Assembly (NCBI GenBank): GCA_032126655.1
Contig: JAQBAU010000012.1
Span: 1-52,806, forward strand
DNA: 52,806 nt
From: Desulfobacterales bacterium
GTDB lineage: Bacteria > Desulfobacterota > Desulfobacteria > Desulfobacterales > C00003060
Reading direction: 5' to 3'
Below, piece after piece: positions 35,274-43,513 of the stretch. Every line of letters begins with the position of its first letter. The first letter of the stretch is position 1. The notes below the pieces were generated by a model. It had not been told where the DNA came from. It did no database searches and was given only the letters and a program-made list of their open reading frames with translations. The position numbers were made by a program, and so were the translations under genes.

Positions 35274-35927
35274 TCACGGATTTTCATTTTCGAGCTCTTT
35301 GATCCGCCGTTCGATTGCTTGCATCTCCTCACGCAACGTCCGGGCGTCCTGCTTAAGACCGGCAAGTTCATCTTTCCCTGTCATTTTTCCCAAAGATGTC
35401 ATAGCAGTTGGAGCAGACAGGGCGCGTCCCATACCTCGGCCCATACCCATGCCCCGACCACCCCCTTTGCCGCAACCGCCTCCCATGCCCATGCCGCGAC
35501 CCATACCGGGTCCTGCATTCGGTGTTTGCTGAGCACGCGGTCTCCGGGACTGGTTGGCATCGGCCTGCAGACCCGGGGCGATCTGGGCGTTGGGTTGATC
35601 GTTTTGCTGTAGTTCTCCGTCCTTGTATTGTTGGGCCTTCTCGCGGACAGTTCCGGATATACCGGTGATGATATCCACACCCACTTCTGCAAGGACATCC
35701 TGTGCCTTGGGGCCAATGTTTCCTGTGAGCACGGCCTTGGCCCCTTGATCAACAACCAGCTTGGCTGACTGTATGCCCACACCACTCCCCTGAGCGAGGT
35801 TTGTATTGGGTATTGCCTCGAAGCTCATATCGTCCAAGTCTACGATCATAAAGTATTGACACCGCCCAAACCGCGGGTCGACTTCTGAGTCGAAACTCGG
35901 ACCGGTTGACGAAATGACTATCTTCAT
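35274..35927 (-). CDS. NifX/NifB-type domain fused to a DUF5320-like Gly/Met/Arg-rich and coiled-coil tail
   Basis: The N-terminus MKIVISS...FGRCQYFMIVD...VLTGNIGPKAQDVL is NifX-like. This is followed by GPGMGRGMGMGGGCGKGGGRGMGMGRGMGR and LREEMQAIERRIKELE. Confidence 0.7.
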   Translation of the reverse strand: MKIVISSTGPSFDSEVDPRFGRCQYFMIVDLDDMSFEAIPNTNLAQGSGVGIQSAKLVVDQGAKAVLTGNIGPKAQDVLAEVGVDIITGISGTVREKAQQYKDGELQQNDQPNAQIAPGLQADANQSRRPRAQQTPNAGPGMGRGMGMGGGCGKGGGRGMGMGRGMGRALSAPTAMTSLGKMTGKDELAGLKQDARTLREEMQAIERRIKELENENP

Positions 35928-35952
35928 AAACGAATTTCTCCTTCAGATTCCC

Positions 35953-36374
35953 CTATTGCTCAACTTCCTCGATGTTCTTGCCGGCATTGGGCTCAGGACT
36001 GGTGACAAAGATATCTGTAATCTTCACGATAACGGCTGACTTGGGTGCCAGATCAGGCTTTTCAGCCTTGACCATCTCAACAGCCATGTCGAAGATTTTG
36101 CCGGATGTATCAATTCTGGGAGTCCCTTTGAATTGATACCCCTTGCGGGGTTTTACATCCCAATCCCATACGGAAATAGCCAGGATCGGGTTCTGCTGAA
36201 TGTTTTCAAAAGTCTTCTTCATGAAGATATCGGCCAGCATGATCTCATCATCTGAAAGGATCTTGATGAAATGTATGGGAACCACGTTGGGGTACCATCC
36301 TTGGTGCTAGTGGCTATGGCATAGCCACTGGTTTTTTCCATGACATCCTTCATATCCTGTGTCAGTTTTGCCAT
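35953..36374 (-). pseudogene. pyridoxamine 5'-phosphate oxidase-family (flavin-binding split-barrel) gene interrupted by a -1 frameshift
   Basis: ATG 36374 (SD aaggaag) encodes MAKLTQDMKDVMEKTSGYAIATSTKDGTP. The downstream 110-aa ORF (35953-36285) continues as VVPIHFIKILSDDEIMLADIF in another frame. The junction is a 4-nt C run (complement of gggg 36289-36292). Confidence 0.65.
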
Positions 36375-36457
36375 TTTGTGCTTCCTTTCTTCCTGTGTTG
36401 CGGCGGGGGAAAACCCTCCGTCATCCTTGTGTCACCGGCATCTTGACCGCAAAGCAT

Positions 36458-36883
36458 TTACCCTTTTTCCCTCACGCGTTGGAATGCTTTCCAGCCACAT
36501 GAAGGGCACTTCTTGGGTCGACCTGTGCCACGTGGTTCTTCCCATCGAAAATCGCACTTATCGCACTGAAAGACCCGATCCGCGGTGTTGTCTACCCTTT
36601 CGTAATTCCCGCCCCCTACATTTATGGCTTTTCCGTGGATCAATGCATCTGCTACAGTCTTTCTTGCCTGTTCAACAATACGCCCGAATGTAGCCCGGGA
36701 CACGCCCATCTGCTTTCCGGCATCCTCATGGGACTTTCCCAAAAAGTCAGCCAGCCTCAATGCTTCCAGTTCATCCACGGTCAACTGGACCTGTTCCAAA
36801 TTGATCATGGGGACGCCCCGGGGTTTGAAATAGCTGATCTCCGGGTCGATCTTCACCAAACGGCTTTTCTGGGGGCGTGCCAT
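36458..36883 (-). CDS. DUF134 (UPF0251) putative DNA-binding regulator with C-terminal zinc ribbon
   Basis: MARPQKSRLV...YFKPRGVP...LTVDELEALRLADFLGKSHEDAGKQMGVSRATFGRIVEQARKTVA, then CDKC...CPSCG. Confidence 0.75.
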   Translation of the reverse strand: MARPQKSRLVKIDPEISYFKPRGVPMINLEQVQLTVDELEALRLADFLGKSHEDAGKQMGVSRATFGRIVEQARKTVADALIHGKAINVGGGNYERVDNTADRVFQCDKCDFRWEEPRGTGRPKKCPSCGWKAFQRVREKG

Positions 36884-37008
36884 GGTGCCTCCTTTATAAG
36901 CATATGCTTAAAACTCAATTTAGGTACTCGACTTGAGGTTGTCAAGTCATTTCTGTGAGGATTTTTTCGATTTCTGTGCGTATGCCTAATGGTGGGGTCC
37001 TGGTGCGG

Positions 37009-38739
37009 TCACTTGAGAACCTTCAGGTAGTGGGCGAATTGTCGAAGGCTCAGGCTGGAGAACTCATCGAATTCTGCAAACATCTCGAGGCCGGGCACGA
37101 TTGCCTTAACGACCGGGATGTCGAGATCCTCCCGCGTCAGGTTCACATAAATCGGTTGGTACCCGTTCGTGATCAGCAGCCTTTCCAAGAGCCGCAAATC
37201 ATGACTTGCGTTGCCCGACGAGTAGTCTGAAAGGGTGTCTTCCTTCATCCTTTTTACGCCGGGAAGTGCTGGGACAGGACGGAACCACGAAGGGTGGAAT
37301 GGCAGTTCCAACAATGCAGAGACAGCAGCCCTTTTTCCATCCAGATGGGCCGCACATCCTTTCAGGATTTCGCCCCCAGGGCCCTGGGCAAATGCCTTGT
37401 AGCAGGGAACGCCCAATTCGGTGGTAATGTCCAGGAACTGGACCTGGAGGCCCTCTTGGGCTGAACGCTGCAAAATGTCTTCAACCTCGGGGAGATCCGA
37501 CTCGAGTAGGAAACACCTCTCCTCACAATAGGGCATAACCCGTTCCGCGTCCCTTTCTATGACCTCAAGCAAGGCATGGAGCTTGGCTTCCTCCATGGTG
37601 TTTCCTGAAGCCAGGCCGGTGGATGGCGGACCGCTTGTGAGACTGATTTCATCCAGATTACAGAAGAGGAAGACCAGTTGAGCCGGCACATGGGTCAAAT
37701 GTGTCCCCTGCTCATCAACCCTTTGAGCAGGCACCCAATAAAGAGGTTGGTTTTCATAAGGTACCTCAAGGTTCATATCATTGGGGTTCAATACCTCATG
37801 AGCGTTCTCTCTCAGATCTTCATAACAGGCTTGGATCAAACGCAGACCATCTTTGTAATGAAGCGCAGCCTGGGAATCAATGCTCGCAAATGATGAAACT
37901 CTTTCAACGACTTCCATGAAACATGAGGCTCTCGCCTGGTCTGTGCCAAGCCCCTTGCCATAGCTGGTCTGGACTCCTGTCAGTTCCCAATGGTTTCTCC
38001 CCACTGAGGTGCGAACATGCAGAAGCCATTGCATTTGAAGGGCGCAAGGACTGAGGCTGGCCTGGTTCTCCGTTTCCGGTCCAAGCTTGAAGTCGATGGC
38101 CTTGAGTCTTTCCATCGCCTTTGCCTGGGTTGCTGCAGGGCTGAGTTGGTTAGCCGTATGTTCGGATGTTGTGTCCCTTTCAGGACGGTCCAGCAACGCA
38201 CTGATCGGTATGACCCGACTCATCAACGCGTCCATAGCTTTCTGATCAAACGGGATCGGAAACGCTGTTCCGTTGTCACGCCTTGCAGGCTTGTGCCGCA
38301 GGATATTGTCTGAAAAAAGCCCAAGCCAGTGAGCCTTCTCGTCCATTTCTTCTTGCAGCGACCAGTTAATGAAGATCAACGGCGTATACTGCGCTAGGGT
38401 TTTGGCATCCACGTCGTCGAATTTGCTTCTCAGTGGAAGAAATCTGTCATTGAGAACACACACTTCATACATTATCGCTGCAAGGTGCGCGCTTTCGTCC
38501 TTCCCTCTTTGAATCAATTCGCGTGTGAGGTTCGGCCCGAATTGTCCTGCCAGGTGAAGGAGGTACTTGTGCATGAAATCGTCGTTAGGATGCTCCTGGA
38601 CATAGATAAGGGCATCTTCAAAATCGAAATGCTCCACCGGAAAACAGGCAAATTGCCCCGTTCCATGCTGTGTGACTTGGTGTTCAAGCTCATAACCAAT
38701 GAAGGAATGAGCTGTCGGCCGTTCGTCAGAATGATTCAT
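37009..38739 (-). CDS. YcaO-domain protein with ~200-aa unassigned N-terminal extension
   Basis: YcaO signatures SYGKGLGTDQARASCFMEVVERVS and LASGNTMEEAKLHALLEVIERDA. C-terminal region ends ...VKAIVPGLE. Confidence 0.8.
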   Translation of the reverse strand: MNHSDERPTAHSFIGYELEHQVTQHGTGQFACFPVEHFDFEDALIYVQEHPNDDFMHKYLLHLAGQFGPNLTRELIQRGKDESAHLAAIMYEVCVLNDRFLPLRSKFDDVDAKTLAQYTPLIFINWSLQEEMDEKAHWLGLFSDNILRHKPARRDNGTAFPIPFDQKAMDALMSRVIPISALLDRPERDTTSEHTANQLSPAATQAKAMERLKAIDFKLGPETENQASLSPCALQMQWLLHVRTSVGRNHWELTGVQTSYGKGLGTDQARASCFMEVVERVSSFASIDSQAALHYKDGLRLIQACYEDLRENAHEVLNPNDMNLEVPYENQPLYWVPAQRVDEQGTHLTHVPAQLVFLFCNLDEISLTSGPPSTGLASGNTMEEAKLHALLEVIERDAERVMPYCEERCFLLESDLPEVEDILQRSAQEGLQVQFLDITTELGVPCYKAFAQGPGGEILKGCAAHLDGKRAAVSALLELPFHPSWFRPVPALPGVKRMKEDTLSDYSSGNASHDLRLLERLLITNGYQPIYVNLTREDLDIPVVKAIVPGLEMFAEFDEFSSLSLRQFAHYLKVLK

Positions 38740-38760
38740 ACAGTCTCCAGGTGATGGGTG

Positions 38761-38914
38761 CTAGCTTGAGTTTCCAATCCAGAAATGAGGAATTTTCCGT
38801 AAGGTCAAGGAAATCAAGGGATTGCGCGGAGGCGTACATTTGGTACGTCGCACAAGCGATCCCGCAGATTGAAGCCGAGATTGCGGAAAATGGCCATTTG
38901 TGGATGGAAACTAG
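38761..38914. repeat. ~150-nt nested-palindrome element in the divergent YcaO/YkgJ spacer
   Basis: Pairs found: ctag..gtttcca.tcc / ggatggaaactag; attttccg / cggaaaat; gggat.gc / gcgatccc. The core ggaggcgtacatttggtacgtcgcac resembles the 29305-29449 core. Confidence 0.55.
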
Positions 38915-39074
38915 TTTGATTGCGGATAAACTAAACAGGTGCCCTTGTCAACAGGGGCCTTTACACAGATGATTCTTCCGACGACGAGCAGCCGAAACGC
39001 ATCCGGACGAATGGTCGTTGACAGTTATAATTGCGGTCTGTTATCAAGGTGCCCAAGCTACCACTCAGTGAGGC

Positions 39075-39725
39075 ATGATCATGTTAGATTTTTCAAAGAC
39101 GTTTGCCCGGTATGAAGCTCTGGTTGCCGAAGTGGACAAGATCTTCAGTGCCATGCAAAACGCCCATGAAGACTGCGTTCGGTGCGAGATCCATTGCAGT
39201 GACTGCTGTTATGCGGTTTTTGATGTCACACTTATTGAATCGGCCTACATCAATTATCATTTCAACAGGTCCTTGAACAGAAAGGAACGTCGACCGATTG
39301 TCATGCGGGCTGAAAAGGCTGATCGGGAGTATTATAAGATAAAACGTAAGCTTCAGAAGATGTACATACAACAAGGGAAGCCTCCGGAGGAGGTGTTCTC
39401 GTACCTGGCTGAGGAAAGGGTCGCGTGTCCACTCCTGAATGACGAGAAGGTGTGTGATCTGTATGCCAGGCGGCCAATTACCTGCAGAGTGTATGGGATA
39501 CCCACGTCGATTGGTGGAACCCCCCATATCTGCAAAGAATCTGGTTTCAAGGAAGGGACAGCCTATCCGACGGTCAACCTCGACAACGTGAATGACCGTC
39601 TCATTCAGTTGTCTAAAGAGCTGCTTGAAGAGGTCGGGTCGGACCGATTGAAGATGCAGATGAGTCTTGTGCCGGTTTCAGCAACTCTGATGACGACCTA
39701 TGACGCGGAGTACTTCAAGATTTGA
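39075..39725 (+). CDS. YkgJ/UPF0153-family cysteine-cluster protein (second paralogue)
   Basis: CVRCEIHCSDCC motif and downstream CPLL...CDLYARRPITCRVY. Confidence 0.7.
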   Translation: MIMLDFSKTFARYEALVAEVDKIFSAMQNAHEDCVRCEIHCSDCCYAVFDVTLIESAYINYHFNRSLNRKERRPIVMRAEKADREYYKIKRKLQKMYIQQGKPPEEVFSYLAEERVACPLLNDEKVCDLYARRPITCRVYGIPTSIGGTPHICKESGFKEGTAYPTVNLDNVNDRLIQLSKELLEEVGSDRLKMQMSLVPVSATLMTTYDAEYFKI

Positions 39726-39744
39726 GGGTGGAGGGCATTTCTAG

Positions 39745-40092
39745 ATGGTTCAGCGAACGCCTGAAGATGAAGAGAGAAAGAAAAGCATTTTTGACAGCAT
39801 GTCGCCTCGACGGCAGAAGCATATTTTGGACAAGACCGGCTACGATAAATGGGACCCCTTCATTGAACCAAAGGAGCCGATCGATTTGCGCGCGGACAAA
39901 ACAAAGCGCACAGCCAGGGACTTAGCCAGGCAATTTCTTCAAGACTGTGAAAGTGAGGACTACAGCAATGCTTTCGGCCAGGGGGTCTGGGACATGTGTC
40001 TTGGAATCGTTAATGATGACGACCGCTACAAAGGGATGTATGAATTCTCATGCTGGTATCGGGAACTTCTGAAAGAAGAGGGCACGAAGTAA
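39745..40092 (+). CDS. hypothetical protein (115 aa, charged, no recognised family)
   Basis: ATG is preceded by gagggtggaggg and lies 19 nt after the YkgJ stop. Non-repetitive composition. Confidence 0.5.
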   Translation: MVQRTPEDEERKKSIFDSMSPRRQKHILDKTGYDKWDPFIEPKEPIDLRADKTKRTARDLARQFLQDCESEDYSNAFGQGVWDMCLGIVNDDDRYKGMYEFSCWYRELLKEEGTK

Positions 40093-40143
40093 CAAAGAAA
40101 TCGTTTTTGACACGACCAACTGTTTTCATTACTGAAATCCGAT

Positions 40144-40167
40144 GGCGCCTCTGGCGCTTTATTTTTT
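40144..40167 (+). terminator. weak terminator-like hairpin
   Basis: gcgcc-tct-ggcgc followed by tttatttttt. The stem is only 5 bp. Confidence 0.35.
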
Positions 40168-40181
40168 GTGTGTAAGGACTC

Positions 40182-42500
40182 ATGTCTGATCATTTCCTTT
40201 TTATCCATGTAAACCAGTCAGCCCCGGTGGAGTCCCCGGACACCATCCCCATCTCAGAGGCCACTATCCTGGCCCATTTGAAGAACCACGGCTTCTCCGG
40301 CCAGATCCTGGGCGATTTGGCGAACAGCCCTCTTAAACCCCGGGATTTGGCAAAGGTCATTCACAAAGATCAACCACTTGCCGTTGGGTTCACGGCATAT
40401 CAGCAAAACATTGAGCAGATAAGGCTTTGGGCCAAGTTTACCAAGAAGGTATCGCCCGATTCCAAGGTTATCCTCGGGGGACCCCAGGTGACGTTCATGC
40501 CGGCCGAGGCTCTCAGGCATATGCCAGAGGTCGATTTCCTGTGCAGGGGGGAAGGGGAGGAAGTGATGCTGGGCCTCGCCCAGGCCCTGAGCAATGGGGC
40601 AGAGATCTCCCGTGTTCCTGGCCTCTGTTTTTTGCAGGAGGATGAAGCGGTAGAGACGGGTCCGGCGCTTGGCGCGAAAGATCTGGATGAATACGCCTCT
40701 CCCTATCTGACGGACCTGATCGATTTGAGGTACAAGGCACGGGCAGTGATGCTGACTTCCCGGGGATGTTCATACGATTGTGCGTTTTGTTACACACCAA
40801 AGGCGAGTGGACGAAGAGTTCGGCTTCACTCCATCGAGCGAATCGTGGAGGAGATGAGATACCTCAAATCGAGGGGAATGCCCGCTTTTTGGTTTGCAGA
40901 CCCGAATTTTTCTCTTTCTCGAAAGCGCCTGGTTACCCTCCTCGAGGCGATCCTCAGGGAGGTGCCCGGGGTTACCTTCTGGTGTCAGACACGCTACGAT
41001 CTAGTAGATGAAGAACTGGTTTCTTTGCTCAGGCGGGCTGGCGCTGATAATGTGGCTTTCGGACTTGAGTCGGCAAACCCCGAAGTGCTTGACCGAATCA
41101 ACAAACCCATTGACCTGGTACGCCTTTCAGAGGTGATCCGTATGACCCAGGAGGCAGGTATCAACGTGGAACTCTTCAGCATGTTTGCGCTTCCGGGGGA
41201 GACGTTTGACCAGGCTGCTGCTACCCTTGAGTTCGTGAAGGAAAACAGAGTGGCCATAGAGAGCAACTCTATATCGCAGCAGGCCCACCTTTTCTTTGGC
41301 ACCCCTATGAATGACGATCCTGCAGCTTACGGGATCCGACCTCTTCCCCGCACGCGGCCAGCGTATCTGAGCGTGTGCCGGGACTACGAAACGGATACCA
41401 TGTCGGTGGATGATATCCACCGTATGAGTTTGATCTGGCGTCTCAACCGAAACGATTTTGCCGAGGACGTGCTCACCGGGAAGAACCTGTTCCACAGAGC
41501 AGCTTTTATTACCGAGAATCGCGACGTTCTAAAAAACCGACCTGAGGCCGCATATCTGCTGGCCCGCATATATCTTGCCCTTGAGGAGTATAGTGCCGCA
41601 ATAAACTCCATGCGTCTGCTGAGCAAGGAGTTTTCAGAAGATCCCGGAGCGCAGGAACTGCTTCGGGGTCCCTTCTTGTGTTTCAATGTGAGTCACGAGA
41701 AAGCCCGTCCCGGGTTCAAGGTAATTTACGACTGTCAGGGCTCTGTGGAAGGCAGGCTCGTGTTGGCAACATGCGGCAGGTTTCAGGAAGCAGTACTTGG
41801 CGAGGGCACGCTATTGCCTGAATTCGAGGTGCACCTTCAGGAAATGAGTCCTGGGGAAGACATCCGGTTTGACATGACCTTTCCGGACAATTACGGACGC
41901 ACTGCACTGGCAGGGAAAGCTATCACGTTTCGGATTCATCTGCACCACACCATGGAGCCAGTGGCCGTGGAAGGTTATGAGGACCTCGATAACGAGGCAC
42001 CGCGCAATGGCTACCAGATAGAGGACTTGGCAGCGTTGCGCCAACATAACATCAACCTCTATTATAGAGTGCTTCGCACAACCAACATGAGTGGACAGAA
42101 GACAGACATGGCTGATGCCCTCATGCTCGTGAACCTTTATCTTAAGCTGGGGTTCATGGACCTGGCCAGAGATGTCGCCGAGACGCTCCGAGACAACGCC
42201 GTGGTTTATACCCACGCGGCGCACATATTTCGCCAAAACGGCCAGCCCCAGGAGGCTTTAAAGCTTCTGGATGAGGGGGGGCAAGACGGACAGATGGAAC
42301 AGATGATCCGAGCTGAAGCACTTTTCGAAATAAACAGGTTGGAGGAATCAGAGGAACTCATGAAAGAGATGGGGTTGCCCCACAATGTCACGCTTGCAGA
42401 CCTTCGGGTGAAGCTGGCTGCAAGCTTGGCCCTCCCCATTGAAACATACCTTGAAAGGGAAGAAGACCTGCTTGATGCAAGAACCCAGGCCATGCTGTAA
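40182..42500 (+). CDS. B12-binding-domain radical SAM enzyme fused to a trigger-factor-type FKBP PPIase-like domain and a TPR-like C-terminus
   Basis: B12-binding N-terminus (VILGGPQVTF...FLCRGEGEEVM). rSAM triad LTSRGCSYDCAFCYTP. Residues ~500-590 (LGEGTLLPEFEVHLQEMSPGEDIRFDMTFPDNYGRTALAGKAITFRIHLHH) resemble the trigger factor PPIase domain. The tail is helical and repeat-like. Confidence 0.75.
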   Translation: MSDHFLFIHVNQSAPVESPDTIPISEATILAHLKNHGFSGQILGDLANSPLKPRDLAKVIHKDQPLAVGFTAYQQNIEQIRLWAKFTKKVSPDSKVILGGPQVTFMPAEALRHMPEVDFLCRGEGEEVMLGLAQALSNGAEISRVPGLCFLQEDEAVETGPALGAKDLDEYASPYLTDLIDLRYKARAVMLTSRGCSYDCAFCYTPKASGRRVRLHSIERIVEEMRYLKSRGMPAFWFADPNFSLSRKRLVTLLEAILREVPGVTFWCQTRYDLVDEELVSLLRRAGADNVAFGLESANPEVLDRINKPIDLVRLSEVIRMTQEAGINVELFSMFALPGETFDQAAATLEFVKENRVAIESNSISQQAHLFFGTPMNDDPAAYGIRPLPRTRPAYLSVCRDYETDTMSVDDIHRMSLIWRLNRNDFAEDVLTGKNLFHRAAFITENRDVLKNRPEAAYLLARIYLALEEYSAAINSMRLLSKEFSEDPGAQELLRGPFLCFNVSHEKARPGFKVIYDCQGSVEGRLVLATCGRFQEAVLGEGTLLPEFEVHLQEMSPGEDIRFDMTFPDNYGRTALAGKAITFRIHLHHTMEPVAVEGYEDLDNEAPRNGYQIEDLAALRQHNINLYYRVLRTTNMSGQKTDMADALMLVNLYLKLGFMDLARDVAETLRDNAVVYTHAAHIFRQNGQPQEALKLLDEGGQDGQMEQMIRAEALFEINRLEESEELMKEMGLPHNVTLADLRVKLAASLALPIETYLEREEDLLDARTQAML

Positions 42501-42604
42501 AGCCCTACAGCTTACCCTCCGGTTGGTGAGAGCTCTTTGACTGGGACAGGTGGCAATCTTTCGGATTCTCTGTATGTTGGAAACACGGCGAACGTCTCTG
42601 AGTC

Positions 42605-43417
42605 ATGAATCAAGCATTAAGAGATATCATATACAACACAGTCATTGAGGCCAGTGAAAAGATGACCCCCGGCGAAGTTGGAAAGGCAGTTGCCGTGGCC
42701 ACCGGCTTTGACAGGGAAGACATCAAACTCGCCATCAGGGATCTTGTTAGCCAGGGAGAACTCAGCTACACATATCTCTATGGCACGAGCTATTTAGAAA
42801 GGTCCTTTGACAGACCGATTCGGGTTTCTACAAGGATTGTGATCAAACCTCCTGACAAGGTGTACAGGCCCCAGACCGGTGAGGTCGTGATCGACATCGC
42901 AACAGGGGCTGCGTTTGGAAGTGGAGCCCATCCGAGCACTGCTCTGGCCTTAAGAGCATTGGACGCTGCCTTGCCCGAGCCTCACCGCGTGTTGCAAAGG
43001 ACCCCTTTTAAGGGGCTTGACGTGGGTACGGGCTCAGGCATTCTGGCCATTGCCATGACCAAGCTCGGCGTCCAGGAAGTGGTCGCTGTTGACATCGACC
43101 CGAGTGCCATATTCGAGGCCACTCATAACATCCGGTTGAACGACCTTGTCGCGCAGGTAACCGTTTCAGATTCTTCTCTGGAGGAATTGACGACCCATTT
43201 TCAAATGATTGTTGCCAATTTGGCTCATCCCACATTGAAGAAGTTTGGACTTCTTTTTTCAAACAGAATGGAAAAAGATGGGCTACTAGTCCTGTCCGGT
43301 TTCAAGGAGGCGGCATTTGAACCCCTTTGTTCAGTCTATGCTGAAAACGGGTTCATGTTGATCCGGCAAGAGAAAGAGGGCGAATGGATGGCGACGACAT
43401 TTCGCAAGAGCGCGTGA
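42605..43417 (+). CDS. PrmA-like class I SAM-dependent methyltransferase
   Basis: VIDIATGAAFGSGAHPSTALALRAL and LDVGTGSGILAIAMTKLG...VAVDIDPSA follow the PrmA pattern. The N-terminal domain is atypical. Confidence 0.7.
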   Translation: MNQALRDIIYNTVIEASEKMTPGEVGKAVAVATGFDREDIKLAIRDLVSQGELSYTYLYGTSYLERSFDRPIRVSTRIVIKPPDKVYRPQTGEVVIDIATGAAFGSGAHPSTALALRALDAALPEPHRVLQRTPFKGLDVGTGSGILAIAMTKLGVQEVVAVDIDPSAIFEATHNIRLNDLVAQVTVSDSSLEELTTHFQMIVANLAHPTLKKFGLLFSNRMEKDGLLVLSGFKEAAFEPLCSVYAENGFMLIRQEKEGEWMATTFRKSA

Positions 43418-43513
43418 AGCCAACGAGGCAATATTGACAACTCTGGGGACGTTTGCTACGAAGTACGTATGCACAGATGAAAACCCAACGATTCGTTTAC
43501 GTAAAGGAGCACT

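Noticed and set aside
30172-35927. A nitrogen-fixation (nif) cluster, because three NifX/NifB-type domains are present.
   Set aside because: No nifH, nifD/K, nifE/N or NifB radical-SAM core is present. The only rSAM here lacks the NifB architecture, and the Nitro_FeMo-Co domain alone is widespread in non-diazotrophs.
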